NCBI RefSeq assembly: GCF_001194135.2
Contig: NC_068986.1
Span: forward strand, 4,348,875-4,412,874
DNA length: 64,000 nt
DNA from: Octopus bimaculoides
Taxonomy: Eukaryota
Reading direction: 5' to 3'
Shown here: one piece after another, positions 12,587-22,884 of the stretch
Layout of the letters: every line of letters starts with the position of its first letter
Position numbering within the stretch: the stretch's first letter is position 1
The notes under the pieces: generated by a model
Database searches by the model: none
Seen by the model: the letters and a program-made list of their open reading frames with translations, nothing else
Told to the model about the DNA's origin: nothing
Made by a program: the position numbers and the translations under genes

Positions 12587-12755
12587 ATTTTACCTGAGAT
12601 GGCTGTTCTATCAATATAGCAGAATGAATACCTGGCTAAATTGGTTGGTTGCATTAGGGAGCCTGTGGTTCATTAGAGATTATCTCTATTTGTTTGTCCG
12701 TATGATATTACCCATACAGTTAATCAAAGATTTGGCATTCACCAGCAAAGGAGGA
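12587..12755 (+). CDS. Candidate exon (FYLRWLFYQYSRMNTWLNWLVALGSLWFIRDYLYLFVRMILPIQLIKDLAFTSKGG)
   Basis: Acceptor TTCTCCTTTCCAG, donor GGA|GTGAGA, one frame open across the whole exon. No family recognised. Confidence 0.2.
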
Positions 12756-13552
12756 GTGAGAATTTGTATGAAGTAATTTTAGTTTCTTTCATATCTGAAC
12801 TTGCTTACATTCTTTTTGTTTACATTGCCCGTCCTCTTTTAGTATTATTATCATTATTATTATTATTATTATTATTGTTTTCATTTTCATGGCAGTAGCT
12901 GCACTGCTAATGGCAATTGAAACATATTGTTTGTAATATACAATTCCCACCAAGAATACTTTTCTTTTTCTCTTAATGAGTTATTGTTGAGTGTACACAG
13001 CCTTCTCTGTAAACTACATACATAAAGCTGTCCTTAAAGAGATACTGAACTAATGTCTGTCCCTATGTATACTACCATCCTTTTAATATATCTTGCAATA
13101 CTTATTTCAATTGAATTCTTTATCAACAATTTTGCAGTCAAGAAAACACACACTGTTCAATTTAGGAACCAATCTGTCAGAATAGAAAAAAAAATTAAAA
13201 TAATGCTAAAAACATTTCTTGATATCTCATCATGTCATTATACATTGACTCCTAATTTATTTGTGATGAAATTTCTTCCTAATGTTTTGCAAATTAATTA
13301 GGGGTTTTAGCATGCAGAGACATACTTTCTTAGCTACATACATACATACATTCATAAAGGGAAGAATCCTTCTGATTGCTATCTGTCAACAAGCATTTTT
13401 AAGGATAGGTAATTATATATCATTAAATTTTTCTAAAGAAAATTTAATGAAGTAAAATTGAGAAAAGTATCAGAAAGATAGAGATAATTTTCTGTTTATT
13501 TGAATATATTTTCATGATTAGTGTGTTTTACAAATCAAAAAAGAACAAGTGA

Positions 13553-13586
<34 letters not shown>

Positions 13587-14114
13587 AGAAATTAAAATTT
13601 CATTTCCCCCTGTTAATTTTCAAAGATCCAAGATGAACAACTATCACAGAAGGTTTCCAATATTTTAGACTAATTAGTAAAATATATCCACACTGGTTCT
13701 AGAGGTTAATCATGTGAAAATGTCATTACCAACCTGTGTGATATTTGTTACTCTAATGGTTACAATAAAATGCTATTGATTCCATACTTTAGTCATCATT
13801 GTAAGCATCAATATACATCTATTTCTGCTGCTGAAGATTTATCAGTACAAGATGCTAATGACCTCTATCAATTATTTGTAGAAGGGTTTCTTTTTTTGTT
13901 TGTCGTTAAAATACAAACCAGTTGAGGTTATGTTTACATTAATGTTTCTTTTTATGCTGGTGATTGTTGTTGTTATTATTATTGAGTGAGAGAACAGTGC
14001 ATATATGAAGCCCAGTATACCCATCATGACTACCCATCTGATAAGGGTACAGCAGGCACATGCATCATAACCATATGTGCATGACATGGTGATCTCATAT
14101 ATCAAGATAAACAG

Positions 14115-14462
14115 CACATGACTTTGCAGATGGGACCCAGTTAGAATTTTCTTCAGGTCGAGTGGCCCATCCTACTCAAAAAGTCTCTGAATAAGGGTTG
14201 TTTGAGGAAGTTGAACGAAATACCTATGTTTCCTAAGGTGAATTATCCAAACCCCCAAATATTCCTCTCAACACATGACTATGATGCTCACCCACTACTT
14301 CTGCTCATGATCAGAGATGCACATATCGTCAGCCACCAAGGGACATGCTCAACTGGTTACGGTCAAACAACTGACAAGCAAATCTGTAGTGTTGAGCAGA
14401 ATATTTACTGTAGCCCATCTTTTAAATCAAGACAAAACAATGTACATAACACTTCCAGTCAG
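14115..14462. mobile_element. Interspersed repeat family 5
   Basis: CTTCTGCTCATGATCAGAGATGCACATATCGTCAGCCACCAAGGGACATGCTC..ACAACTGACAAGCAAATCTG recurs, diverged and in the opposite orientation, at about 49010-49170. Confidence 0.7.
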
Positions 14463-14464
14463 TT

Positions 14465-14465
14465 A

Positions 14466-14515
<50 letters not shown>

Positions 14516-14960
14516 CATTATGCAAATGCTTTTACATGCTAATTTAATTAGCATAAATGTTATCTTGAGATTTGGTGACAACAAGTCTCCTCAAATCTAA
14601 CTAATCATTTTTAGGATTTTTGCAGAGTACAGAGTGGCACTTTTCTATAAGTTTACAATACCTGTCCCAATTCCAATATCCTTCAGCCCCTTAAACAGAT
14701 TAAGCATTGTGACAAATGTATCAATTGCCGTTCAAAAAATCTTGTTTAGATCCTGATGTTTCTCAATTTTCTCAGTGTCTTTGACATCATCCCTCTTCAC
14801 ACGTGAGATTGCAAAGTCATTGAGCTTATGCTGCTCTTTTTTTTATTTTTTTTTTTTGCCTTCCATGATCATTTCTGATCAATTTCTAAGGAGAATTCCT
14901 ATAAAATCTTGCAATTATCATTTTCTGTAACAGCCTGTTGTTATTATTTGGAAATTGTTA
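14465..14960 (-). mobile_element. Decayed 3' end of an R4/Dong-type (RLE endonuclease) LINE with a (TAA)n tail
   Basis: The minus strand reads VTENDNCKIL*EF...DFAISRVKRDDVKDTEKIEKHQDL...LFKGLKDIGIGT, resembling the RLE C-terminus (ENENCKILWDF..DFAVP..EKIEKYQDL). It ends in (ATT)n at 14465-14520. Confidence 0.75.
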
Positions 14961-15746
14961 TCTTTGCAAATATTTGACTAAATCTGAAATTGTTCATTAA
15001 TATTTGCTTTGATTTTTTGACAATTATTACAGTCTTAGAGTTTGTTTAATATAAGATCTATGTAACTGCCGGACATGGAAACTTAATTAAAATAAGTTAT
15101 ATTTTTCTATGCAGTCTTGATACATAAATTTTGCATCAATAATTTTAAAATATAAAACCTTGAATTTCTAAGGCCTTTGTTATGTAACAGGTTTTGTTGG
15201 TGATCAAAAGCACCACTAAATGGTTAAATACCTTAGACTTAGGAATATTAAATAATGTTTTCCTCATTAACCAATCTCTCTACCTTTCTTTAGGTCAAAG
15301 GTCTTGGTGTTAGCCTTGTTAAATATGACCTTTAACCAAGATAGCAATCATTTAATCAATCATTCATGTTGTCCAAAGAATTATTAAAATTTACATTATT
15401 CAAAGTCAGCCGTCATCACTTCTCAGATTGACATTTACAATAATGTAACTGTTCAGTTCAACTCGTTATTCTTTTAAAAAAGAAACCTATTGTGTATTGC
15501 TTTGTAGGAGTAAACCAACATTAACTAGATTATAGAGTTTAACAAGGTGTAGACCATAGCTGTGTGCTTAAGAAGATAGCTTTCTGGCTCAATCCCACAA
15601 CATGCCAACTTTGAGTAACCACAACCTTTATATATATATATATATATATATTAATATTCGTTTTTATATTCAGTTATAATAAAAACAGTTTTACATTAAT
15701 CTGATGGGTTACTCTATACTTTTGTTGAATAAAAATTTATTATTCT

Positions 15747-15860
15747 TATACTTGAATGTTGGTGATAGTGACTTCAAAGTTTTGGCCAGCTAAGCCATCA
15801 GTCCAACAATGGATCACCTGGCTGAAACTTTAAAGTCTCTATCAACCACATTCTTGTATA
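15747..15860. mobile_element. Short TA-flanked inverted-repeat element (putative MITE)
   Basis: Arms of about 43 bp, TATACTTGAATGTTGGTGATAGTGACTTCAAAGTTTTGGCCAG versus reverse complement TATACAAGAATGTGGTTGATAGAGACTTTAAAGTTTCAGCCAG, with a 28-nt spacer. Confidence 0.6.
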
Positions 15861-15965
15861 AAAATAATGTGTGTGTGTGTGTGTAAGTGTTGATGTTAGA
15901 CTTGTTAAGGTATAGTTAATTGTTTTATCTATAGATATTTGTTGTTTATAACAACAAACACTTAC

Positions 15966-16072
15966 TGCTGAAAGGACTCAGTACTTTTAGTAGAGTCAAA
16001 TTTGTTTTCCATATTTGGTTGAAAGAGGCTTCAAGTTTAATTAGTTGCTCCCTCCCAGTCAAATACTTCATT
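15966..16072 (-). CDS. Candidate internal exon (MKYLTGREQLIKLEASFNQIWKTNLTLLKVLSPFS)
   Basis: Acceptor GTTTTCAATTGTAG, consensus donor GCA|GTAAGT, single open frame, inside the 89-codon ORF 15946-16215. Confidence 0.3.
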
Positions 16073-16879
16073 CTACAATTGAAAACATGCAAACATGTAA
16101 TATTAAGTATCAAAACTGATTGTTGTATTTCTGTGACCCAGTTACTGACACACTTCCACTGCATCTGTTGAAAGTCAGTTATTGACCTGATTTTATAAGC
16201 CTCTGGTGTTTTCATTCTTTTTTTTTTTTTTGTTCCTTTCCTTAATGATATTCCTCTTTCAACCTGACAGTAGTTAATGTTTTTTACATGTCAATTTGAC
16301 ATATAAAATAATTGTCTCCTGTTTTGGTCAGTTGTCCTTTTATGTATCTGTGACCTTTCTTTTTCCCTGAATTTTTGGGGTTGTGGATCTTATTGTTGCT
16401 TTCAGATTCTATTCCTCTTTGTTTCTCTTCTCTAACTCTCCTCCCACCACTTTCCATTTTATTTTCTTTACTTTTTATTATTATATTCATTATTACAGTA
16501 GTAGGCAGCAAACTGTTGGATAAAATGCATAATGGATTTTTTTCTAGCTCTTCACATTTTGTGTTCAAATTCTGCTGAGGTCAACTTTACCTTTCATCCC
16601 TTTGTGGTGGCGGGAGTGGGGGGGGGGTCAATAAATAAAGTATTGATCAAGTACAGGGTGTTGATGTAATCAATTATTCCCTCCCACTGCTGGCCTTGTG
16701 CCAAAAATTGAAACCATTACCATAGTTATTATCGTTGATATTTTTCTCATGGGTGTGGCAGGTTTAACTGTTGGAAATGTCATTCTTTAAGTCTTTCTAA
16801 ATTATTTGACTGTGTCTTTATATCTGCCAACGGTAATGTCAGCTATTATTGTTGTGCTGGTGTTGTAGTTAACTTTTTT

Positions 16880-17270
16880 TAGTTAAAATGCAAACTATAT
16901 GTAAGTGTATAAATACATGTAAATGTTCTGTGGATGGATAGATAACTGTAAGTGTTCAGTGTGGTGCATTGGTGTCATCCTCTTAAGATTTGTTGTTAAG
17001 GTTTGGTTTGTTCTCTCAAATAATTCAGTTACCAGCGTGAGCAATGAATGGATCATAAGAATGTAATAAGGATATAATATTAACTCTATTGATGGAACTG
17101 TCATATTTATCTAGAGTATGTAATATAGATGGAGGTTTCTTTTCCATAAAGTTGTTCCATCCAATATTAGTCAGACTTCACACTGACGTTTCAAGATATC
17201 ACTCTGTGTTGGATTTCGAAGAGGTTTGTACAGAATTCTTTATAGCACTTTGTATAGAAAATTATATTTC
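16880..17270 (-). mobile_element. Highly decayed LINE RT fragment, probably R4/Dong-like
   Basis: The stop-ridden minus frame KEFCTNLFEIQH..YWMEQLYG..SIHCSRW loosely follows the CKEQLLIN..AWIDYKKAFDSVPHSWI region. Weak similarity only. Confidence 0.35.
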
Positions 17271-17664
17271 TTAGCTTAAGATTGATATGTAGGCTTGCAG
17301 CAGTTCAATAAACAAAGATCGCTAAAATTAGTACCAGATTGAATAAGTATTGGGGTTAATGTTTGACTAAAATCTTTGAAAGTATCCTATTATAGCTGAA
17401 GTCTAGTAACTGAAACCAAGAAAAGAAAAATAGAAAAAAAGAAAGAATGGATTGACAAAATCATCTGTCTCAGACAAAATACCTGGTGGTATTTAAAACA
17501 GGCCTTTACATTCTGAGTTGATATCCTATCAAAGTCTTCCTTTCATTCTTTCATTAGCAATCAAATAAGTACCAGTCTAGTATTGGGATTTATTTCATTA
17601 ACTATACCGTCTCCCTTTCATGCAAATATGGTCTTTCGCCTAAGCTAGAAATTAATGATAGACA

Positions 17665-17900
17665 AGGACATCATCATTATCGTTTAACATCCACTTTCCA
17701 TGCTGGCATGGGTTGGACGATTTGAGATGGAGCTGGCTAGAAGGAAGCCATCCAGACTTCAACTGTCTGTTGTGGCTGGATGACCTTCCTAATGCCAACC
17801 ACTTAACAGATTGTGCCACCAGCATGGATGCGTTTATGCAGCACCAGCATGGGTGCATTTATGCAGCACTGGCATGGGTTTGTTAAGCAGTGCTGGCATG
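17665..17900 (-). mobile_element. SINE family 3 / RTE-type 3' tail with (ATG)n end
   Basis: CATCATTATCGTTTAACATCCACTTTCCATGCTGGCATGGGTTGGACG..CCTTCCTAATGCCAACCAC. The same family occurs at 26960-27145 (+), about 21880-22030 (-), 30180-30375 (-) and 59280-59463 (+). Confidence 0.85.
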
Positions 17901-18162
17901 GGTGCTTTTTAAGTGTTACTGGAACCTGGAAGGGCAAGCCTATATGTGTGGAAGTCAGCAATTTTACTTAGCTTGACATATATATTATAAATAAAAGATA
18001 AAAAACAATTAATATTTTGATTCTTTCTTTTCATTATTTTTTTAAAACTAATTCTAATTCTTATTCAGTATTAGTTATGGGAAAAGATGCATATAAAATC
18101 ATTATTCTGAAATGCTGCTGGACAATTTTCCTTTGCTGCTGATATACTTTTGTGCTTTTTAG

Positions 18163-18239
18163 CACTATACATCTATACAAGATGTTTTCTCAAGACAAAT
18201 ACTACTGTTGTGTGGCTTTCTACTGTATATCCACATTGA
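18163..18239 (+). CDS. Candidate exon A (HYTSIQDVFSRQILLLCGFLLYIHI)
   Basis: Acceptor CTTTTGTGCTTTTTAG, donor TGA|GTAAGA. It is phase-compatible with exon B across a 71-nt GT-AG intron. Confidence 0.25.
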
Positions 18240-18310
18240 GTAAGATACCCTGAATGCTATTTTGAACTAATACTGCTTCCATTGATAATAATGAATTATT
18301 ACTTTCTAAG

Positions 18311-18471
18311 CCTAAAAATGCCAATATTGTACTACTCTGCTCCTGGACAGAATGAGGTACAACTTCCTGGCAAATGCTTTCAGCCCTTGGCCGTCCATCA
18401 TATTGTATTCAGCCCTTTCGATTATAACTTTCCAACATTCAAGCCTTTTACATTTTCTGCCCTTAATACAG
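18311..18471 (+). CDS. Candidate exon B (LKMPILYYSAPGQNEVQLPGKCFQPLAVHHIVFSPFDYNFPTFKPFTFSALNT)
   Basis: Acceptor TTACTTTCTAAG, donor CAG|GTATTA, inside the 91-codon ORF 18282-18557. Confidence 0.25.
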
Positions 18472-18568
18472 GTATTAGAGAATTGTTATCATGTAGTCTT
18501 AGCACTAATGCTTCTAAATTCTTTGAAAAATCTAACAGCTGTCTCATTGAGAAATAAATATGAAAATG

Positions 18569-18605
<37 letters not shown>

Positions 18606-19225
18606 NNNNNNNNNNNNNNNNNNNNNNNNNNNNNNNNNNNNNNNNNNNNNNNNNNNNNNNNNNNNNNNNNNNNNNNNNNNNNNNNNNNNNNNNNNNNNNN
18701 NNNNNNNNNNNNNNNNNNNNNNNNNNNNNNNNNNNNNNNNNNNNNNNNNNNNNNNNNNNNNNNNNNNNNNNNNNNNNNNNNNNNNNNNNNNNNNNNNNNN
18801 NNNNNNNNNNNNNNNNNNNNNNNNNNNNNNNNNNNNNNNNNNNNNNNNNNNNNNNNNNNNNNNNNNNNNNNNNNNNNNNNNNNNNNNNNNNNNNNNNNNN
18901 NNNNNNNNNNNNNNNNNNNNNNNNNNNNNNNNNNNNNNNNNNNNNNNNNNNNNNNNNNNNNNNNNNNNNNNNNNNNNNNNNNNNNNNNNNNNNNNNNNNN
19001 NNNNNNNNNNNNNNNNNNNNNNNNNNNNNNNNNNNNNNNNNNNNNNNNNNNNNNNNNNNNNNNNNNNNNNNNNNNNNNNNNNNNNNNNNNNNNNNNNNNN
19101 NNNNNNNNNNNNNNNNNNNNNNNNNNNNNNNNNNNNNNNNNNNNNNNNNNNNNNNNNNNNNNNNNNNNNNNNNNNNNNNNNNNNNNNNNNNNNNNNNNNN
19201 NNNNNNNNNNNNNNNNNNNNNNNNN

Positions 19226-19280
<55 letters not shown>

Positions 19281-19355
19281 TACATACATATATATAATAT
19301 TTATTCATTGTTAACTGTTGCAAAAAAGATTACTCAATACCATAGTAGACAGTAA

Positions 19356-19589
19356 TATTAGGTTGTTCAGAAAGTTCGTGCCGATTTTTAAAGGAAAGAA
19401 AAAATGGTCAATAAATACTTGCCATTACATTTTTAATCAACCAAATATGAACCAATTTGTTGCACAATGCGTCTCCATCTTTCCTTTAACTTGAAAATAC
19501 CCTCTTCCCAGAATTGAGGTGGTTTCATGGCAAATAAGTCGAAAGGTAAGCTACTACAAATCGGCATGCACTTTCCGGACAACCCAATA
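19356..19589 (-). mobile_element. Internally deleted mariner (MITE)
   Basis: TIRs TATTAGGTTGTTCAGAAAGTTCGTGCCGATTT / AAATCGGCATGCACTTTCCGGACAACCCAATA. The minus strand retains the transposase C-terminus FAMKPPQFWEEGIFKLKERWRRIVQQIGSYLVD*. Confidence 0.88.
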
Positions 19590-20500
19590 TTTTGTTTTGG
19601 TGGAGTCAGTCTCTTGCTGCTCTGAATTTGATCTGTGGGTGCAGGATCTTCAGGCCAACTATGACTTATAATATATGTACCTACATACAAACAAACAAAA
19701 AATTCAATACATCACTTCAATTAACTACTCAAATATGTTTTTGTAGAGGAATTATAATGCAGTCAGTTTTATCCCTTGTACGACTAATTGCAATCAATAT
19801 GATGTAAAGCAACATACTTAAATTACAATGTTTAGTTTCAGCTGTTTATTTTTTCAAACTTTCTTGTTACTTGTAGAAGTAGGTCTTGAAACACTATTAA
19901 AATTACATTTTTTTTTTCTTTAGATTTAAATTAATATCTACCACAAATTTAACAAAAAATGAAACAAAAAGAAAGCAAGACGAAAAATCCTTGGGATTTG
20001 CGTGTTTAGGAAAATGCAATTTTGTTTAGCTAAATTNNNNNNNNNNCAGGGTATCTGTTGACTTTCACCATTTTCTAATGTAAGATGAACTGTCATACTA
20101 TCTAAAACCTTTACTCCCCCCCCCCCCATTCTACTTTAACAACTGCTCTTTGGGAAGCTTATTGATTTATTTCATCCATCCATACTTTAATAATTAGCTT
20201 TACTTCTCTGAACCTTGTGGCATTATGTTTTGTGTTTTTCTATCTAGGAGTCTTGATACAAAAACTATAAATCCCATTAACTAACATCATATATATTTCT
20301 GTGGTAGAGCTTGTGATTCACTGAAAACTACTGGTGTTCCTATTACTACCACTTTCATTACTTTAAGTGACAGATGTGGGTAGTGACATTAAAACTGTGG
20401 CTGAACCTAGGGCGTGGGCTGTGACACTAGAGTTATTGCTACTGTTAAGTGTAGGCAGTGACCCCAGAGCTATTATTGTTTCTTTTATACCTGCTAGTTG

Positions 20501-20709
20501 TACAGGGTGTCCACGGAGTACATGGAGTAAATAAAATCATAACATAAACAATTAAATATAAGAAATAATAATTTCTTAAAGTATATGTTAATCCCCATGT
20601 GGGTACATGGAGTAAATAAAATCATAACATAAACAATTAAATATAAAAAAATATTATTTCTTAAAGTATGTGTTAATCCCATGTACCCAGACTTTGTGGA
20701 CACCCTGTA
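20501..20709. mobile_element. Tc1-type MITE with an internal 85-bp tandem duplication
   Basis: TACAGGGTGTCCAC...GTGGACACCCTGTA termini with TA ends. GTACATGGAGTAAATAAAATCATAAC.. occurs at 20518 and 20603. Confidence 0.85.
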
Positions 20710-20835
20710 GAATATGTCATTAATTCACTAGATTCAATATTTCAAATAACTAAAGCTTTCAATACTGGTTGAAATAAGTTTGTTTCACCTAAACTATCAA
20801 TGGCTTTCGGAAAAGTAAAGGCATCCAAACTTCTT

Positions 20836-20900
<65 letters not shown>

Positions 20901-20931
20901 NNNNNNNNNNNNNNNNNNNNNNNNNNNNNNN

Positions 20932-20974
<43 letters not shown>

Positions 20975-20983
20975 AATCTAAAT

Positions 20984-21682
20984 CAGTGGTTCTCGACCAT
21001 TTGTTACCTATGGAACCCTTTGATTCCTATATTACTCGAGTGGACCCCCATAGCCATTTGGCATTTTAAAATATCCCATTATATTTTCATTATTAAATAT
21101 TATTAGGAATTGTATGAAAGATAATTATTAAAATATTTTGTCTATTGTGGAAATATAACCAATTTACTTCAACAATACACAAAATATTTTGATAATTGTT
21201 TTCCATACAATTCCTAATAATATTTAATTATAAAAATATAATGGGATTTTTTTTTTTACTGTGAAGTGCATGGCTCAATGGTTAGTGTCAGGCTCACAAT
21301 CATGAGGTAGTGAGTTTGATTCCCAGACCAGGCAGTGTGTCCTGTATTTGAATTAGATACTTCATTTCATGTTGCTCTTGTTCACTCAGCTGTAGGAATG
21401 AGTTGTGACGTTACTGGCACCAGTTTGTATTAGCTTTTGTCTTTCTCTTGGACAACATTGGTGGTGTGGAGAGGGGAGGCTGGTATGCATGAATGACTGC
21501 TGGTCTTCCATAAACAATCTCACCGAACTTGTGCCTTGGAGGGGAACTTTCTAGGTGCAATCCTATGATCATTCCTGATTGAAGGGGGTGGGGTCCTTAA
21601 CCAATTTACTGCACATAATTTTTAACAACTAAACCTTACATGGGCCCCCAAGGACCATATGGACCCTGGTTGAGAACCACTG
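20984..21682. mobile_element. hAT (Charlie-like) MITE
   Basis: TIRs CAGTGGTTCTCGACC / GGTTGAGAACCACTG with an 8-bp TSD AT(C/T)TAAAT at 20976-20983 and 21683-21690. Confidence 0.88.
21262..21604 (+). mobile_element. SINE family 4 nested in the hAT MITE
   Basis: tRNA-like head GCATGGCTCAATGGTTAG..GAGTTTGATTCCCAG. A second copy lies at about 39880-40205. Flanking TTTACTG is a possible TSD. Confidence 0.8.
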
Positions 21683-22333
21683 ATTTAAATCCTATCTATG
21701 TGCACAGTTATGGCTGTGTGGTTTAAGAATAGAATTTCACTTTACAATTATATGTGTCTGCGTTCAATCCCACTTGTGTAAGTGTCTTATGCCACAGTCT
21801 CAGGTTGACCAATATCTTGTGAGTGGAATTTGGTACATACAAGATCTATGTTTGTGTCTAATATATGTGTATATTTGTGAATCATCATCATTTAACAGCT
21901 ACTTTCCCATACCAGGTTCGTTTGAATGGTTTGATAAAATCCAGTGAGAACCCAAGGTGTGTCAGACTCCAGAGTTGGTTTTAGTATGGTTTCTATGGCT
22001 AGATTCCCTTTATTATGCCAATTACTTTAAAGTTTGTTCTGCCCCCCCCCCCATTGATTTTTTTTTGCTTTGTTTTGTGCCACTGGTATTAGTATGGTCA
22101 CTAAATGTGTGTGTGTGTGTGTGCATGCATGTATATTTGACGTTAGCGATAGAAGCAATATTACTTCAAAATAGCATTTTGTATATCTTAATGTAGATAC
22201 ACTGTAGAAAGCCATAACTGTAGTATTCATCTTGTGAAAGCATCCTGTATAGCTATCTATATGTGATTATTTCTTGAGATGAATGCCACAGTTGTGTATG
22301 TGTTTGTACATACATACATACATACATACATAC

Positions 22334-22407
<74 letters not shown>

Positions 22408-22884
22408 TGTGTATGTATGTATGTATATCTCAGTCTGATTTATAATGCAGTAGAATGTAAATGTTTGTGATAAAACCACTAGAAAGGTGCTTTATGAATG
22501 AAATGTCTCAAGATGTTTGTTCTGCATCACTTTAAATAGATTCTTGACACTCTTACCACCATGAAATATACAGTGAATCAGTGATTGGCCTGTTGAAAAC
22601 TTGTCAGCAACAATTTTATTGTTTGCAATTGAGTTTTCTATTTGTAATATAAAATAACTGCAATATTTTAGAAAAAAATTTAGTCCATCATTTGATTTTT
22701 TTGTTTAAACTGTTTTACTTATATTGTTATTTGGAATGAACAGTTAGTAACAGAAGTAAAACAACTGATGCTGGTCTTTAGGAAAAAAAAAAAAAAGAGA
22801 AAAGAAAATACCCAGTTGTTTCGTTTTTGTTTAACAAGTTTATATTAAAGTTCTCATTCATTCACTTTCAATGATTTAGTCAAG

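Noticed and set aside
12587-12755. Superficial resemblance of the peptide to the N-terminus of HSDL1/HSD17B12-type reductases
   Set aside because: Only scattered hydrophobic matches, and no downstream TGxxxGIG exon was found. No gene name assigned.
18352-19323. ORFs of 250-370 aa full of X (also at 27185-27673, 44570-46476, 49857-50815, 53404-54114, 57651-58193 and 60141-60510)
   Set aside because: They run through assembly N-gaps and are not real reading frames.
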